A stretch of 49,871 nucleotides of DNA from Acidimicrobiia bacterium (GTDB lineage: Bacteria; Actinomycetota; Acidimicrobiia; Spongiisociales; UBA11373). The stretch is from the NCBI GenBank assembly GCA_040882645.1, contig JBBEAX010000047.1, positions 30,697 to 80,567 on the forward strand, in the 5' to 3' direction. Position 1 is the first letter of the stretch, and each line of letters starts with the position of its first letter. Shown here in pieces: positions 17,627 to 27,582 of the stretch. The notes below the pieces were generated by a model that saw only the letters and a program-made list of their open reading frames with translations, searched no databases and was not told where the DNA came from. Position numbers and translations under genes: made by a program.

Positions 17627-18715
17627 TCATTCCACGGCAGACCGGTCTGGGAGGAGGCTGGGGTCGGGCGAGCCCCGCAGCTCCGGATGTCCGTGCGAGG
17701 CGATGTACGCCGGAATCAAACGGCCCACCACCGAGCCGTCGGGTTCGATGACGATCTCGGCCACTCCGGTGGTGGAGATGATCGGGCCGAGGCTAGGCCA
17801 TACGAAGTTGCCCATGCTCCAGAACACCGGGACCCCATCGATGACTTCGAGGGGCTGGAGCCGGTGGGGGTGGTGGCCCACGATGGCATCCGCTCCGGCG
17901 GCGATCATCGCCTGGGCGCGCATTCGGTCGCCCGAAGTGGGCTGCGCGGTGAGCTCGACCCCCCAGTGGACCGTAGCGATCACCACATCCGCCTGGGCGG
18001 CCGCGGCGGCGATCGCCGCGGTGACGTTGTCGACGGTGGCCGGGGCGACGCCGGGGCGGCCGGGGCCGGCGAACCAGGCTCCTCCCCCGGAGATGCCTGA
18101 GAACCCGACCACCGCCACCCGCCACCCCTCGATCTCGAAGATCGCAGGGAGGTTTGCCTCGACCAGATCGCTCCCCGCCCCCACCGGGTGGATGCCGTGG
18201 GCCGACAGGTTCTGCCGTCCCTCGACCAATGCCGCCCTCCCCATGTCACCGGCGTGGTTGTTGGCGAGGCTCGCCACGTCCACTCCGGCAGCCCGCATCG
18301 GAGCCAGTGCGGCGAGGGGGCAACGGAACTGCCACTCCTTGTCGATCGGGCTCCCGAGCGCGGACGGGCTGCATTCGAGGTTGACGATCGAGAGATGATC
18401 ACGCTGGAAGATGCCTCGCAGGCCGGCCCACGGCGATTCGTATCCGGTGTGCCCAAAGATGGCGTTGTGGCCGAGATCGAAGTTGACGTCCCCCACGGCG
18501 TGGATCACCAGCCGGCCCCGCTCCGGAGGTGACGGCACCGCGCTCCCAGTGACGGGGGTGGCGGCGGTCGCCGGCGTGGTGACGGTGGTCGCGGGCGTGA
18601 GCGTCGTCGGCGCGGACGCAGTGGTGCTCGGGGCGAGCGTCGGCGATTCCGGCTCTGCCGCCGCCTGCCCACAGGCGGCGAGCAGTGCGGTCGCGACGAA
18701 GGTGGCTACGCGCAA
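17627..18715 (-). CDS. CapA (poly-gamma-glutamate synthesis-like) metallophosphoesterase lipoprotein
   Basis: LAAC lipobox, AVGDV, VNLE, LANNHAGD, HWGVE, GHHPH, SMGNF; start approximate (TTG 18715). Confidence 0.85.
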   Translation of the reverse strand: MRVATFVATALLAACGQAAAEPESPTLAPSTTASAPTTLTPATTVTTPATAATPVTGSAVPSPPERGRLVIHAVGDVNFDLGHNAIFGHTGYESPWAGLRGIFQRDHLSIVNLECSPSALGSPIDKEWQFRCPLAALAPMRAAGVDVASLANNHAGDMGRAALVEGRQNLSAHGIHPVGAGSDLVEANLPAIFEIEGWRVAVVGFSGISGGGAWFAGPGRPGVAPATVDNVTAAIAAAAAQADVVIATVHWGVELTAQPTSGDRMRAQAMIAAGADAIVGHHPHRLQPLEVIDGVPVFWSMGNFVWPSLGPIISTTGVAEIVIEPDGSVVGRLIPAYIASHGHPELRGSPDPSLLPDRSAVE

Positions 18716-18796
18716 TGGGACCCCCGATTGCCCCGCAATGTAATGGTCGGCGCGCTGCCGCCTTGCGACCTTCCGGGGGCTGTACGCTCCTCCGCC

Positions 18797-19645
18797 ATGT
18801 CCGGTTTGCTCGCCTTTCACGCTCACCCCGACGACGAGTCGATTTCGATGGGCGGCACCCTTGCCGAATATGCGTCGCGGGGGGTGCCGGTCACCGTGGT
18901 GACGGCGACCAGGGGGGAGGCCGGCGAGATCCACAATCGGGACGACGCGGATGAGGTCCGTCCCGTGCTCGGCGACATCAGAGAAGCTGAAGAACGCGCC
19001 GCATGCCGGGTGCTCGGGGTAGAGGACATCGAGTTCCTCGGCTACCGGGACTCGGGGATGATGGGCACCGGGGACAATGCCCACGCCGACTCGTTCTGGG
19101 GCGCCGATTTCACCGAGGCCGTCGGCCGTTTGGTCAGGGTCATTCGGGCACGGCAACCGCAGGTCGTCACCGCCTACGACCCCTTCGGGGGGTACGGCCA
19201 CCCCGACCACATCCAGGTTCATCGTGTCGGTACCGCAGCGTTCTTTGCGTCCGCCGACATCGGCCGATATCCCCTTCTTCCAGGCGAGGAACCCTGGCAA
19301 GCCCCTCGCCTCTACTGGGCGACCTGGTCGCGTGAGCGGATGCGGCGCATCCGGCGCGAGATGTCGACCGACCTCGGCGCCGACGGCGAGCCGGAGGAAC
19401 CCAGTTCCGGAACACTCCCGGAGCACATCACGACCCGGCGCGACGTCTCGGCGTGGCTTCATCTCAAGCAGGGCGCCCTGCTCTGCCACGACAGCCAGTT
19501 CGCGGCGGACTCCTGGATCCGCACGCTGCCCGAGGGGCGGATGAGTGAGTTCCTCGCCGAAGAGGTCTTCGTCCGCGCCTTCTCGACGGTTCCCGGCGAC
19601 CCCGCCGACCCGGATCTTCTCGCGGGGCTCCCGGCCAATGGCTGA
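18797..19645 (+). CDS. PIG-L family deacetylase (MshB/Mca-like, mycothiol metabolism)
   Basis: HAHPDDE, TRGEAGE, GYRDSGMMG, GGYGHPDH; TACGCT -10 just upstream. Confidence 0.9.
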   Translation: MSGLLAFHAHPDDESISMGGTLAEYASRGVPVTVVTATRGEAGEIHNRDDADEVRPVLGDIREAEERAACRVLGVEDIEFLGYRDSGMMGTGDNAHADSFWGADFTEAVGRLVRVIRARQPQVVTAYDPFGGYGHPDHIQVHRVGTAAFFASADIGRYPLLPGEEPWQAPRLYWATWSRERMRRIRREMSTDLGADGEPEEPSSGTLPEHITTRRDVSAWLHLKQGALLCHDSQFAADSWIRTLPEGRMSEFLAEEVFVRAFSTVPGDPADPDLLAGLPANG

Positions 19646-20309
19646 CTCCGCCGCGGTCCACGAGCCCGCCACTGGCCCCTCACTGCCGGCCCGCCTCAAC
19701 GTGCTCCTCGCTCTCGCCGGAGTGGCGGCTGCGCTGACGCTCGTCTTCCTCTCGATGCGGAGCGTCATGGAGATCGGCGGCGCCTGTGCGTCGGGCGGTC
19801 CGTTCGTGCCGATCCGCCCTTGTCCCCGCGGAGTGCCCGGCCTCTTGATCGGCGGCGTCTGGGGCGGGATGGTCCTCGTGTTCGTCTATGTATTTCTTTC
19901 GATCCGCCACCGGGTGCCGAGCTTCGCTGCCCTTATCTGGCCGGCCCTTTTCATCTCCCTCGGATGGAACTTTCTCGAATATGGCATCAGCCCACCTTTT
20001 GGCGAGGGCCTGGCGTGGGGATGGCTGGTGTGCGGAGTCCTGTTCATGCTCATGGGGGGCATCCCGCTCTGGATCTGGGTCAGCGTGGTGCGCCGCCAGG
20101 GCATGACGCGGGCGGCGTCACGGATCCCACTGTCGTTGCGGCCGGTGGCGGGCATTCCCCGGAGGGTGTCGTTCCCGTCCGCTGGCAGTGGCAGAGCCGA
20201 AGACCTCGCATCCGTTCTCGAGCGACTCGATGCGTTGCACCGAAGTGGCGCGCTGGACGACTCGGAGTACAAGGCGGCGAAGCGTCGGGCGATTGCGGGT
20301 GGGTCGTGA
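19638..20309 (+). CDS. Membrane protein with C-terminal SHOCT domain
   Basis: About 4 TM segments, then LERLDALHRSGALDDSEYKAAKRR. Confidence 0.8.
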   Translation: MADSAAVHEPATGPSLPARLNVLLALAGVAAALTLVFLSMRSVMEIGGACASGGPFVPIRPCPRGVPGLLIGGVWGGMVLVFVYVFLSIRHRVPSFAALIWPALFISLGWNFLEYGISPPFGEGLAWGWLVCGVLFMLMGGIPLWIWVSVVRRQGMTRAASRIPLSLRPVAGIPRRVSFPSAGSGRAEDLASVLERLDALHRSGALDDSEYKAAKRRAIAGGS

Positions 20310-20401
20310 TAGGCCCGTGGGGGTGGATCGTCGCCCAGTCGGCGGCGGTCGCCAGCGGCATTTGGTTCGCCATCTGGTTGTTCGAGGTGGTCACTCGCTG
20401 A
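20306..20401 (+). CDS. 31-aa single-TM small protein
   Basis: GTGA overlap with the upstream stop; (M)IGPWGWIVAQSAAVASGIWFAIWLFEVVTR. Confidence 0.55.
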   Translation: MIGPWGWIVAQSAAVASGIWFAIWLFEVVTR

Positions 20402-20435
20402 GGCGAGTCCCGGTGAGTCGACATACCATCGGCTG

Positions 20436-21254
20436 ATGCGTACTGAAGCGCGGGAGGCCTGGCGCCGGGCACTCGACTCGTGGGCGCTCCCCGAGCGGCT
20501 GCTTGCCGGCGTCGACGACTCCCCGTTCTCGTGGCCGGCGCATCTGTACGAGCGAATGATCGCCCTGGACTCGGAATCGCCGGTGGTGGCGATGGCAGCC
20601 GGCCTGATGGGAGATGGGGGGAGCGTTCTCGACGTTGGAGCGGGCGCCGGCCGGCTCGCCCTGCCCTTGGCAGAGCGTGGTCACCGGGTCACCGCGGTGG
20701 AGCGGGACGAGGGGATGGCGCAGGCCCTGGGTGATGCTGCGGGGCGAGCGGGGCTGGATGTCACCCGGATCGTCGGAACATGGCCCCAAGTCGCGGGCAA
20801 CGCCGGGATCCACGACCTGTGCGTTTCCGGGCATGTCGTGTTCGACGTTCCCGCGATCGGCCCCTTTCTCGAGGCGATGAATCGGTGCGCCCGTCGTGCT
20901 GTCATCATCGAGATGACCCCGCGTCACCCGTGGTCCGGGCTGAGCAGGTATTACCGAGCACTCCATGGCATCGATCGGCCGACTCGCCCGACCGTCGACG
21001 ACTTCGTCCGGGTCGTCGAAGAGGTGGTCGGGGTGGCCCCGGAGGTCGAGTGGCGGACGGTACCGGCCGCCTTCCGTTTCGCCGATACCCAGGAACTTCT
21101 CGAGTTCTATCGCCGCCGGCTGCTGGTGCCACCCGCCAGATCATTGGAGGCCGCGGCGATTCTCGAGCCCGACATCCATCGCCTCGACGACGGCTGGCTG
21201 GTCCTCGGTGCGCCCGAGCGCGAGGTGGTGACAGTGCGGTGGAGTAGGTCGTAG
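20436..21254 (+). CDS. Class I SAM-dependent methyltransferase
   Basis: VLDVGAGAG motif I; TACCAT -10 six nt before ATG (leaderless). Confidence 0.85.
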   Translation: MRTEAREAWRRALDSWALPERLLAGVDDSPFSWPAHLYERMIALDSESPVVAMAAGLMGDGGSVLDVGAGAGRLALPLAERGHRVTAVERDEGMAQALGDAAGRAGLDVTRIVGTWPQVAGNAGIHDLCVSGHVVFDVPAIGPFLEAMNRCARRAVIIEMTPRHPWSGLSRYYRALHGIDRPTRPTVDDFVRVVEEVVGVAPEVEWRTVPAAFRFADTQELLEFYRRRLLVPPARSLEAAAILEPDIHRLDDGWLVLGAPEREVVTVRWSRS

Positions 21255-21266
21255 CCCGCTACCCGG

Positions 21267-21295
21267 TTGACAAGGGAGTGGCGGGGGCGTACGGT
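21267..21295 (+). promoter_or_regulatory. Sigma-70/SigA-type promoter
   Basis: TTGACA (21267-21272), 17 nt, TACGGT (21290-21295). Confidence 0.7.
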
Positions 21296-21349
21296 AAGGG
21301 TCATGACGACTAAAACCCCGAATGCCCGGGTGCTGAAAGGTGGCATTCG

Positions 21350-22306
21350 GTGAGGGCGGTAGTGCATGACCGGTTCGGTCCGCCGGAGGTGCTGCGCATC
21401 GAAGATGTCCCGGCGCCGGTCCCGAAGGACGACGAAGTCCTCGTTCGCGTCCGGGCGACGACGGTCAGCCAGACCGATTGCCATGTACGCCGCGCCAGGC
21501 CGATTGTCTGGCGTTTCATGATCGGCTTCTTCCGTCCCAAGTGGAGGACGTTGGGGATGGAGTTCGCCGGCGAGATCGAGGCCGTTGGGTCGGCGGTGAC
21601 GAAGTTCGCGGTTGGGGACCGCGTGTTCGGGATGAAGAACTATGGAGCCAACGCGGAGCTGGTGACCGCTCGCGAGAGCCGCCTCGTAGCGCACCTTCCG
21701 GAGGCGATGAGCTTCGAGGAGGGCGCCGCGGTCATCGACGGCGGATTTCAGGGCCTGTTGGCTCTGCGTCGGGGGGGTGTAGGCAAAGGCACCCGCCTGC
21801 TCGTGTACGGTGCCTCGGGCTCGTGCGGAACGGCCTGCGTGCAGCTCGGGCGTCATCTCGGTGCACACGTGACGGCAGTGTGCGGCACGAAGAACGTCGA
21901 GCTCATGCGCTCGCTCGGCGCCGACATCGTGATCGACTACCAGCGCGAGGACTTCAGGAAGCGCGGCGAGAAGTACGACGTGATCGTGGACGCGGTCGGG
22001 AAGATCGTCGGCATGCGCTACCGCGGCTCGCTCGTCCGCGGCGGGAGGTTCGTGCTCACCGACGGATTCTTGAACGTGGTTGGCGTGCTGCTCACCCGCT
22101 TTAGCAGCCGCCGGATCGTCGCCTCCTGGCCGCGGTACGACCAGGAGGATCTCCTCCTCCTCAAGCGGCTGCTCGAGACCGGCGAGTACCGGGCGGTGAT
22201 CGATCGCGTCTATCCGCTCGAGCGGATTGTCGAGGCGACGGCGTTCGTAGAGACCTGGCAGAAGACCGGCAACGTCGTGCTCACGCTCGACGGCGGCAGC
22301 AACTGA
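21350..22306 (+). CDS. NAD(P)-dependent medium-chain dehydrogenase/reductase (zinc-independent, quinone oxidoreductase-like)
   Basis: MRAVV..RFGPPEVL, G.EFAG, YGASGSCG, IDRVYPL, GNVVL. Confidence 0.9.
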   Translation: MRAVVHDRFGPPEVLRIEDVPAPVPKDDEVLVRVRATTVSQTDCHVRRARPIVWRFMIGFFRPKWRTLGMEFAGEIEAVGSAVTKFAVGDRVFGMKNYGANAELVTARESRLVAHLPEAMSFEEGAAVIDGGFQGLLALRRGGVGKGTRLLVYGASGSCGTACVQLGRHLGAHVTAVCGTKNVELMRSLGADIVIDYQREDFRKRGEKYDVIVDAVGKIVGMRYRGSLVRGGRFVLTDGFLNVVGVLLTRFSSRRIVASWPRYDQEDLLLLKRLLETGEYRAVIDRVYPLERIVEATAFVETWQKTGNVVLTLDGGSN

Positions 22307-22313
22307 CTTTGCG

Positions 22314-23252
22314 ATGAGAGCAGTTGTTGCGACGAGTACGGCGGACCCGAGGTGCTGAGGATCGAGGAGATCGACGAGCCCGATCTCGTCGACGACGGCT
22401 GTGCTCGTGCGCGTTCGCGCTGCGGCGCTCAACCCGACGGATTACATCGCAATGCGCGGATTCTTGCGTCCGTGGACCGGGTGGCGGCGCCCCCACCAGC
22501 GGGGAGTGGGCATCGACGTCGCCGGCATCGTCGAACGTGTCGGCGCGGAGGTGACAGAACTGGCTGTAGGTGACGCGGTGTTCGGCACCTGTCGCGGCGC
22601 CTTGGCCGAGTACGCCGTCGGCGTCCCGCACAACCTGGCACCCAAGCCCGAGCGGCTGAGCTTCGAGCACGCGGCCGGGATGGGGGTGGCGGGCACGATG
22701 GCGTTGGAGGCTCTGCGCGATCACGCTCGTCTTCGCGCAGGTCAACGGATTGCCATCACCGGGGCGACCGGCGGCGTCGGAAGCTTCGCCGTGCAGATAG
22801 CCAAGGCGTACGGCACCCACGTAACTGCGCTCTGCCGTACGGAAAACGTCGAGTTGGCTGAGCAGCTCGGCGCCGACCGTGCGGTCGACGACACGCGCGA
22901 CGACTATCTGCGCGGGGAACCGTATGACGCGATCCTCGACAACGGCGGCGGTCGGTCGCTGCGCGCCTTGCGCCGGGCGCTCGCCCCGGGTGGAGTGGTC
23001 GTGCTGAACTGTGGTCAGGATGTCTCACTGATTCTCGCCGGCCATGCCGCGCGGCTGATTCTTCGGCGGCGCGACGTCAAGCAGTTCATCAGGAAGGTGA
23101 CTCGCGCCCGCTTGCTCGAGCTCGCTGCCCTCGTCGAGGACGGGAGCGTCACCCCCGTGGTCGACCGCACATACCCGCTCGCCGAAACGCCCGATGCGAT
23201 GCGCTATCTGATGGCGCGCCATCCGCGCGGCAAGGTGGTCGTGACCGTTTAG
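22314..23252 (+). pseudogene. Second MDR paralogue with disrupted N-terminus (two compensating indels enclosing a stop)
   Basis: ATG 22314 MRAVV; 1-nt loss near 22329; DEYGGPEVLRIEEID in another frame; 1-nt gain near 22400; intact body 22401-23252; TGA at 22356. Confidence 0.7.
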
Positions 23253-23289
23253 TCAGCCGAGGGCATTGACAGCCACACCTGCCCTCTGC

Positions 23290-23372
23290 CACATCGCGAA
23301 TCGCAGGCCGCGTGCGGCGAGGCCCATCTTGCCCATTGCCAATTGCCAATTGCGGCCGAGCAGAGCGAGGCC
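23290..23372. repeat. Degenerate heptamer array (GCCAATT-type) plus CCGAGCAGAGCGAGG
   Basis: Same layout as 16237-16288. Confidence 0.7.
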
Positions 23373-23397
23373 CCCCCCGGCCCCCCACCCATCCCCC

Positions 23398-24132
23398 ATG
23401 GACCTCTACGCCCGGATCAACATCCTCGACGGACGGGCGGTGCGGCTGCCCACCGGGGACGTTCGCCAGGCGATATCGCTCGATGCCGATCCCGTGGCGC
23501 GGGCCCGCAGTTGGGTGGCGCAGGGGGCAGATGGCATCCATGTGGTCGATCTCGATGCTGCCGCCTACGGCGACTACGACAACCGCCCCGTGATCCGGGA
23601 GATCATCGCTGCGCTGGATGCCCCGGTGCAGGTGGCCGGAGGGATCCGTTCTCCCGGCGAGGTGGAGCGGATACTGGGCTTTGGGGCGTCCCGGGTGGTG
23701 CTCGGCACCGCCGCGATCGAAGATCAGGTCATGGTATGGGCGCTGTGCCGGGAGCACGCCGGGAGGATCGTGGTGAGCCTCGACGTTCGCCCGAACGAAG
23801 AGATCGCCATCCGCGGGTGGCTCGTAGACAGCGGGGTATTCCTCGAACAGGCGTTGCTCGACCTCTCGTCCGCCGGGGTCGCCGCCTTCCTGGTCGGTGA
23901 AGCCGGCCGCGATGCGCTGGTCACGCCTTCGAACTACGGGATTCTCCGTCGGGCGCTCTCCCTCGCCGACGAGCCCGTGATAGCCGCCGGAGGGGCGAGG
24001 GATATGGACGACCTCCGGGCGCTGGCGGCCCTCGAGGAATCGGGGAGACGACTCGGCGGCGTGATCGTCGGCCGTGAGATCAGCGAGGGCCGGTTCACCC
24101 TCGGCGAAGCCCAGGCCGCGCTGGGCGACTAG
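23398..24132 (+). CDS. HisA/HisF-related TIM-barrel protein with non-canonical active site
   Basis: G.AVRL..G, IHVVDLDAA, QVAGGIRS, RVVLGTAA, IAAGG; first strand ARINI instead of PAID. Confidence 0.85.
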   Translation: MDLYARINILDGRAVRLPTGDVRQAISLDADPVARARSWVAQGADGIHVVDLDAAAYGDYDNRPVIREIIAALDAPVQVAGGIRSPGEVERILGFGASRVVLGTAAIEDQVMVWALCREHAGRIVVSLDVRPNEEIAIRGWLVDSGVFLEQALLDLSSAGVAAFLVGEAGRDALVTPSNYGILRRALSLADEPVIAAGGARDMDDLRALAALEESGRRLGGVIVGREISEGRFTLGEAQAALGD

Positions 24133-24650
24133 CTGGCGCCAAGGGCCACCGCCCTTTCGAGCCATCCCGCGCCGATGGCGGCAAAGGGCTCGCCCCCTGA
24201 CTCCATCACCTGATGGATCGAAGCGGCGGCCGTCCGAGCCTGATCGATTACATGCTCCGGATAGGCCATCGCCGCCCCATGTTCGATGAATTCGTCCTCA
24301 TCGAGGAGCTCTACACCCCCATCGGGTCTCATGGCCACATCGAGGTCGAGGTCCACCGCGGTCACCGTCGAGCCCTCCCAGACGGCCGGGGTGCAGATGT
24401 CGACGTAGGCGATGTATCCGAAGGGGGAGCCGGCGGCTCCCGAGTTGAAGGTCCCCGTCCACCACTGGCGTGGGGGGACCAGCAGAGCAAAGGCGGGTGA
24501 GATTATCGGTGGTTCGGCTCCCCGCGTCACCGGCGTGTCGTTGGGGCCTCCGAGCCACACCCCGTGGACGTCCTCACCTAGCCGGACGACATCGAAGTGC
24601 CAGTGGAGACTGCCATCCCACTTGCGGAACTCGACGCGGATCAGGTTCAC
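24129..24650 (-). CDS. DUF402 domain protein
   Basis: KWDGSLHW, YVDI.TP, VDLDLDV, LLDEDEF. Confidence 0.85.
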   Translation of the reverse strand: MNLIRVEFRKWDGSLHWHFDVVRLGEDVHGVWLGGPNDTPVTRGAEPPIISPAFALLVPPRQWWTGTFNSGAAGSPFGYIAYVDICTPAVWEGSTVTAVDLDLDVAMRPDGGVELLDEDEFIEHGAAMAYPEHVIDQARTAAASIHQVMESGGEPFAAIGAGWLERAVALGAS

Positions 24651-24697
24651 GCCGAGAGTTTGGCATCAACGGCGGTGCCTTCCCGGCTCCCTGCCGT

Positions 24698-25720
24698 CTA
24701 CCCCTTCACGTCCCAGGTTCCGGTGGAGGCAATGAGCCTTGCCAGGTCGCCGGGGCCGCGGGAGGCCTGGGAGTCGTGGATCTGCTGCTGCAAGGTGGTC
24801 TCGTAGGTCGTGCGGGGGCGCCGGCGAAACACCCCGACCGGGGTGGGGCCCACCGGATTGTGATTGAGGCGGCTGAGGGCAAAGGCTGCTGCCGGGCTGT
24901 CAGCAGTCGCATCGTGGACATGGATCTTGTCGATGCCGACTGCCGAGACGTCGACGACCCGGGCGGTGCCCCCGTCCATCACGACGCCCCACTGGTCACC
25001 GGGGCCGAAGACGACCGGCTTGCCGTGCTCCAGATCGATGCGGTTGATCTCCCGCTCGTCACGCCCCGTCAGCTTGATGAACGCCTTGTCGTTGAACACA
25101 TTGCAGTTCTGATAGATCTCGACGAAGGCCGAGCCCTTGTGCTCGTATGCCTGTTGGAGCATGTCCTGGGTGTGCGCCCGGTCCATGTCGACCGTGCGGG
25201 CGACGAACGTTGCTTCGGCGCCGAGTGCCAGGCTCACCGGGTTGAAAGGGAAGTCGATGGATCCCCACGGGCTGGAGGTGGTCTTTTTCCCCTGCTCGCT
25301 GGTCGGTGAGTACTGGCCCTTGGTGAGACCGTAGATCTGGTTGTTGAACAGCAGCACTTTGATGTTGATGTTGCGGCGCATGGTGTGGATCAGGTGATTG
25401 CCGCCGATCGACAGGGCGTCGCCGTCGCCGGTGACCACCCAGACGGAGAGGTCCGGGCGGGCAACTGCGAGTCCGCTGGCGATCGCGGGAGCCCGTCCGT
25501 GAATGCTGTGCATTCCATAGGTGTTCATGTAATACGGGAACCGGGAGGCGCAGCCGATGCCGGACACGAAGACGACCTCCTCGCGCTTCACGTTGAGGTC
25601 GGCCATGAAGTTCTGCACCGCGGCGAGGATCGTGTAGTCGCCGCACCCGGGGCACCAGCGGACCTCCTGGTCGCTCTGCCAGTCCTGACGGCTGTGTTCG
25701 GTGGTGGTCGTGTCTGTCAT
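24698..25720 (-). CDS. korB: 2-oxoacid:ferredoxin oxidoreductase subunit beta
   Basis: WCPGCGD, SGIGC, HGRA, GDGD TPP motif, YGLTKGQYSPT. Confidence 0.93.
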   Translation of the reverse strand: MTDTTTTEHSRQDWQSDQEVRWCPGCGDYTILAAVQNFMADLNVKREEVVFVSGIGCASRFPYYMNTYGMHSIHGRAPAIASGLAVARPDLSVWVVTGDGDALSIGGNHLIHTMRRNINIKVLLFNNQIYGLTKGQYSPTSEQGKKTTSSPWGSIDFPFNPVSLALGAEATFVARTVDMDRAHTQDMLQQAYEHKGSAFVEIYQNCNVFNDKAFIKLTGRDEREINRIDLEHGKPVVFGPGDQWGVVMDGGTARVVDVSAVGIDKIHVHDATADSPAAAFALSRLNHNPVGPTPVGVFRRRPRTTYETTLQQQIHDSQASRGPGDLARLIASTGTWDVKG

Positions 25721-27582
25721 GACTCGATCGTCTCCATCAGCTTCGCTTCTATCTCGGACGCCTTGAACGGCTGTCCCTGCACCTTGCTGTATCGGATGGC
25801 GTCAACCAGGAAGTCCGCTCGCAGCATCCGCCACAATTGGCCGCGGTTCAGCTCGGGTACGACAACCTTGGGGTATCTACTCACGATCTCTCCAAGGTTC
25901 TTGGGGAACGGGTTCAGGTAGCGCAGGTGCACGCGGGCGACCTTCATTCCGCGGCCCCGCACCCGCCGCACTCCGGCGAGGACCGCCCCGTAAGACGAGC
26001 CCCACCCGATGACCAGCACGTCGGCGCCCTCGTCGCTGTCGAGTGCGATCTCGGGGATGTCATCGGCGATGCGGGCGATCTTCTGCTCGCGCAGCATCGT
26101 CATCTTCTCGTGGTTGGCCGGGTTGTAGGAGACGTTGCCGGTGCCGTCTTCCTTCTCGAGCCCCCCGATGCGGTGCTCGAGGCCGGCGGTTCCTGGCACC
26201 GCCCACGGCCGCGCCAGCGTCTTCTCGTCGCGCAGGTAGGGCAGGAACTCGCCGTTGGCATTGGTGTCGGTGGCGAACCTGACCGAAATGTCGGGGAGCT
26301 GCTCCAAATCGGGCAGCCGCCACGGTTCTGCGCTGGTCCCGATGTACCCGTCCGAGAGCAGCATCACGGGGGTCATGTACTTCAGGGCGAGCCGGGCGGC
26401 TTCGATCGTGGTCTCGAAGGCGTCCGAAGGGGATGCGATCGCCACGATGGGGAGGGGCGCCTCACCGTGCCGACCATGCATCGCCATGAGGAGGTCGGCC
26501 TGCTCGGTCTTGGTGGGGAGACCGGTCGAGGGTCCCCCGCGCTGAACGTCGACGATGAGCAACGGCAGCTCCATCATCACCCCGAGGCTGATCGTCTCGC
26601 TCTTCAAGGCAACGCCGGGACCGCTCGTCCCGGTGACGCCGAGGTGGCCACCGAATGATGCTCCGAGCGCGGCTCCGACCGCGGCGATCTCGTCCTCTGC
26701 CTGGAGGGTGCGGACCCCGAAGTTCCGATGCCGGGCGAGTTCATGGAGGATGTCGGATGCCGGGGTGATCGGGTACGAGGCGTACATCACGGGGAGGCGG
26801 GCTGCCTGACCGGCGGCGATGATGCCCCAGGCCAGTGCCTGGTTGCCGGTCACGTTCGTGTAGGTGCCCGCCGGGAGCTTGGCGGGCTGCACCGCGTAGG
26901 TGTGGCGGAACATCTCGGTGGTCTCGCCGAGGTGATATCCGGCCCTGAAGGCCATCTCGTTGGCCGCCCTGACCTCTTCGTCGCGGCCGAACTTCTTGTC
27001 GATCCATTGGAGGGTCGGATCGAGCGGGCGGTTGAACATCCACGCCATCAACCCGAGTGCAAAGAAGTTCTTCGACCGCAGTACGCCGCGACCCTTGAGG
27101 CCCGAGTTCTCCACCGCCTTCTTGGTCAGTTCCTCCATCGGCACGGAGAGCACCCGGTACGCGTCGAGTGAGCCGTCCTCGAGGGGGTTGGTGTCGTACC
27201 CGGCCTTCTCGAGATTGCGATCGACAAAGGCGTCCGAGTTGGCGACGATCGTGCCTGCCGGGGCCAGGTCGGACAGGTTCGCTTTGAGCGCCGCGGGGTT
27301 CATGACCACCAGCACGTCGGGCTGGTCGCCCGGGGTGAGGATGTCGCGGTCGGCAATGTGCACCTGGAAGGAGGAGACGCCGGGCAGGGTGCCGGCGGGG
27401 GCGCGAATCTCGGCGGGGAAGTTGGGGAAGGTGCTGAGGTCGTTGCCGAAGATGGCGGAGGCGTCCGTGAACCGCGCCCCCACCACCTGCATTCCGTCAC
27501 CCGAGTCGCCGGCGAATCTGATCGCCGCCGTGTGGACGGTCTCTACATGATCGGTGGGGTCGATGGTGGACTTTTCGGACAC
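25717..27582 (-). CDS. korA: 2-oxoacid:ferredoxin oxidoreductase subunit alpha
   Basis: FAGDSGDGMQ, YPITPAS, QAEDE, QRGGPSTGLPT; AGGAG RBS before GTG 27582. Confidence 0.93.
   Translation of the reverse strand: MSEKSTIDPTDHVETVHTAAIRFAGDSGDGMQVVGARFTDASAIFGNDLSTFPNFPAEIRAPAGTLPGVSSFQVHIADRDILTPGDQPDVLVVMNPAALKANLSDLAPAGTIVANSDAFVDRNLEKAGYDTNPLEDGSLDAYRVLSVPMEELTKKAVENSGLKGRGVLRSKNFFALGLMAWMFNRPLDPTLQWIDKKFGRDEEVRAANEMAFRAGYHLGETTEMFRHTYAVQPAKLPAGTYTNVTGNQALAWGIIAAGQAARLPVMYASYPITPASDILHELARHRNFGVRTLQAEDEIAAVGAALGASFGGHLGVTGTSGPGVALKSETISLGVMMELPLLIVDVQRGGPSTGLPTKTEQADLLMAMHGRHGEAPLPIVAIASPSDAFETTIEAARLALKYMTPVMLLSDGYIGTSAEPWRLPDLEQLPDISVRFATDTNANGEFLPYLRDEKTLARPWAVPGTAGLEHRIGGLEKEDGTGNVSYNPANHEKMTMLREQKIARIADDIPEIALDSDEGADVLVIGWGSSYGAVLAGVRRVRGRGMKVARVHLRYLNPFPKNLGEIVSRYPKVVVPELNRGQLWRMLRADFLVDAIRYSKVQGQPFKASEIEAKLMETIES

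Noticed and set aside
18716-19768. Long N-terminal extension of the CapA ORF (713 aa)
   Set aside because: Antisense to the PIG-L deacetylase; the lipoprotein signal begins near 18715.
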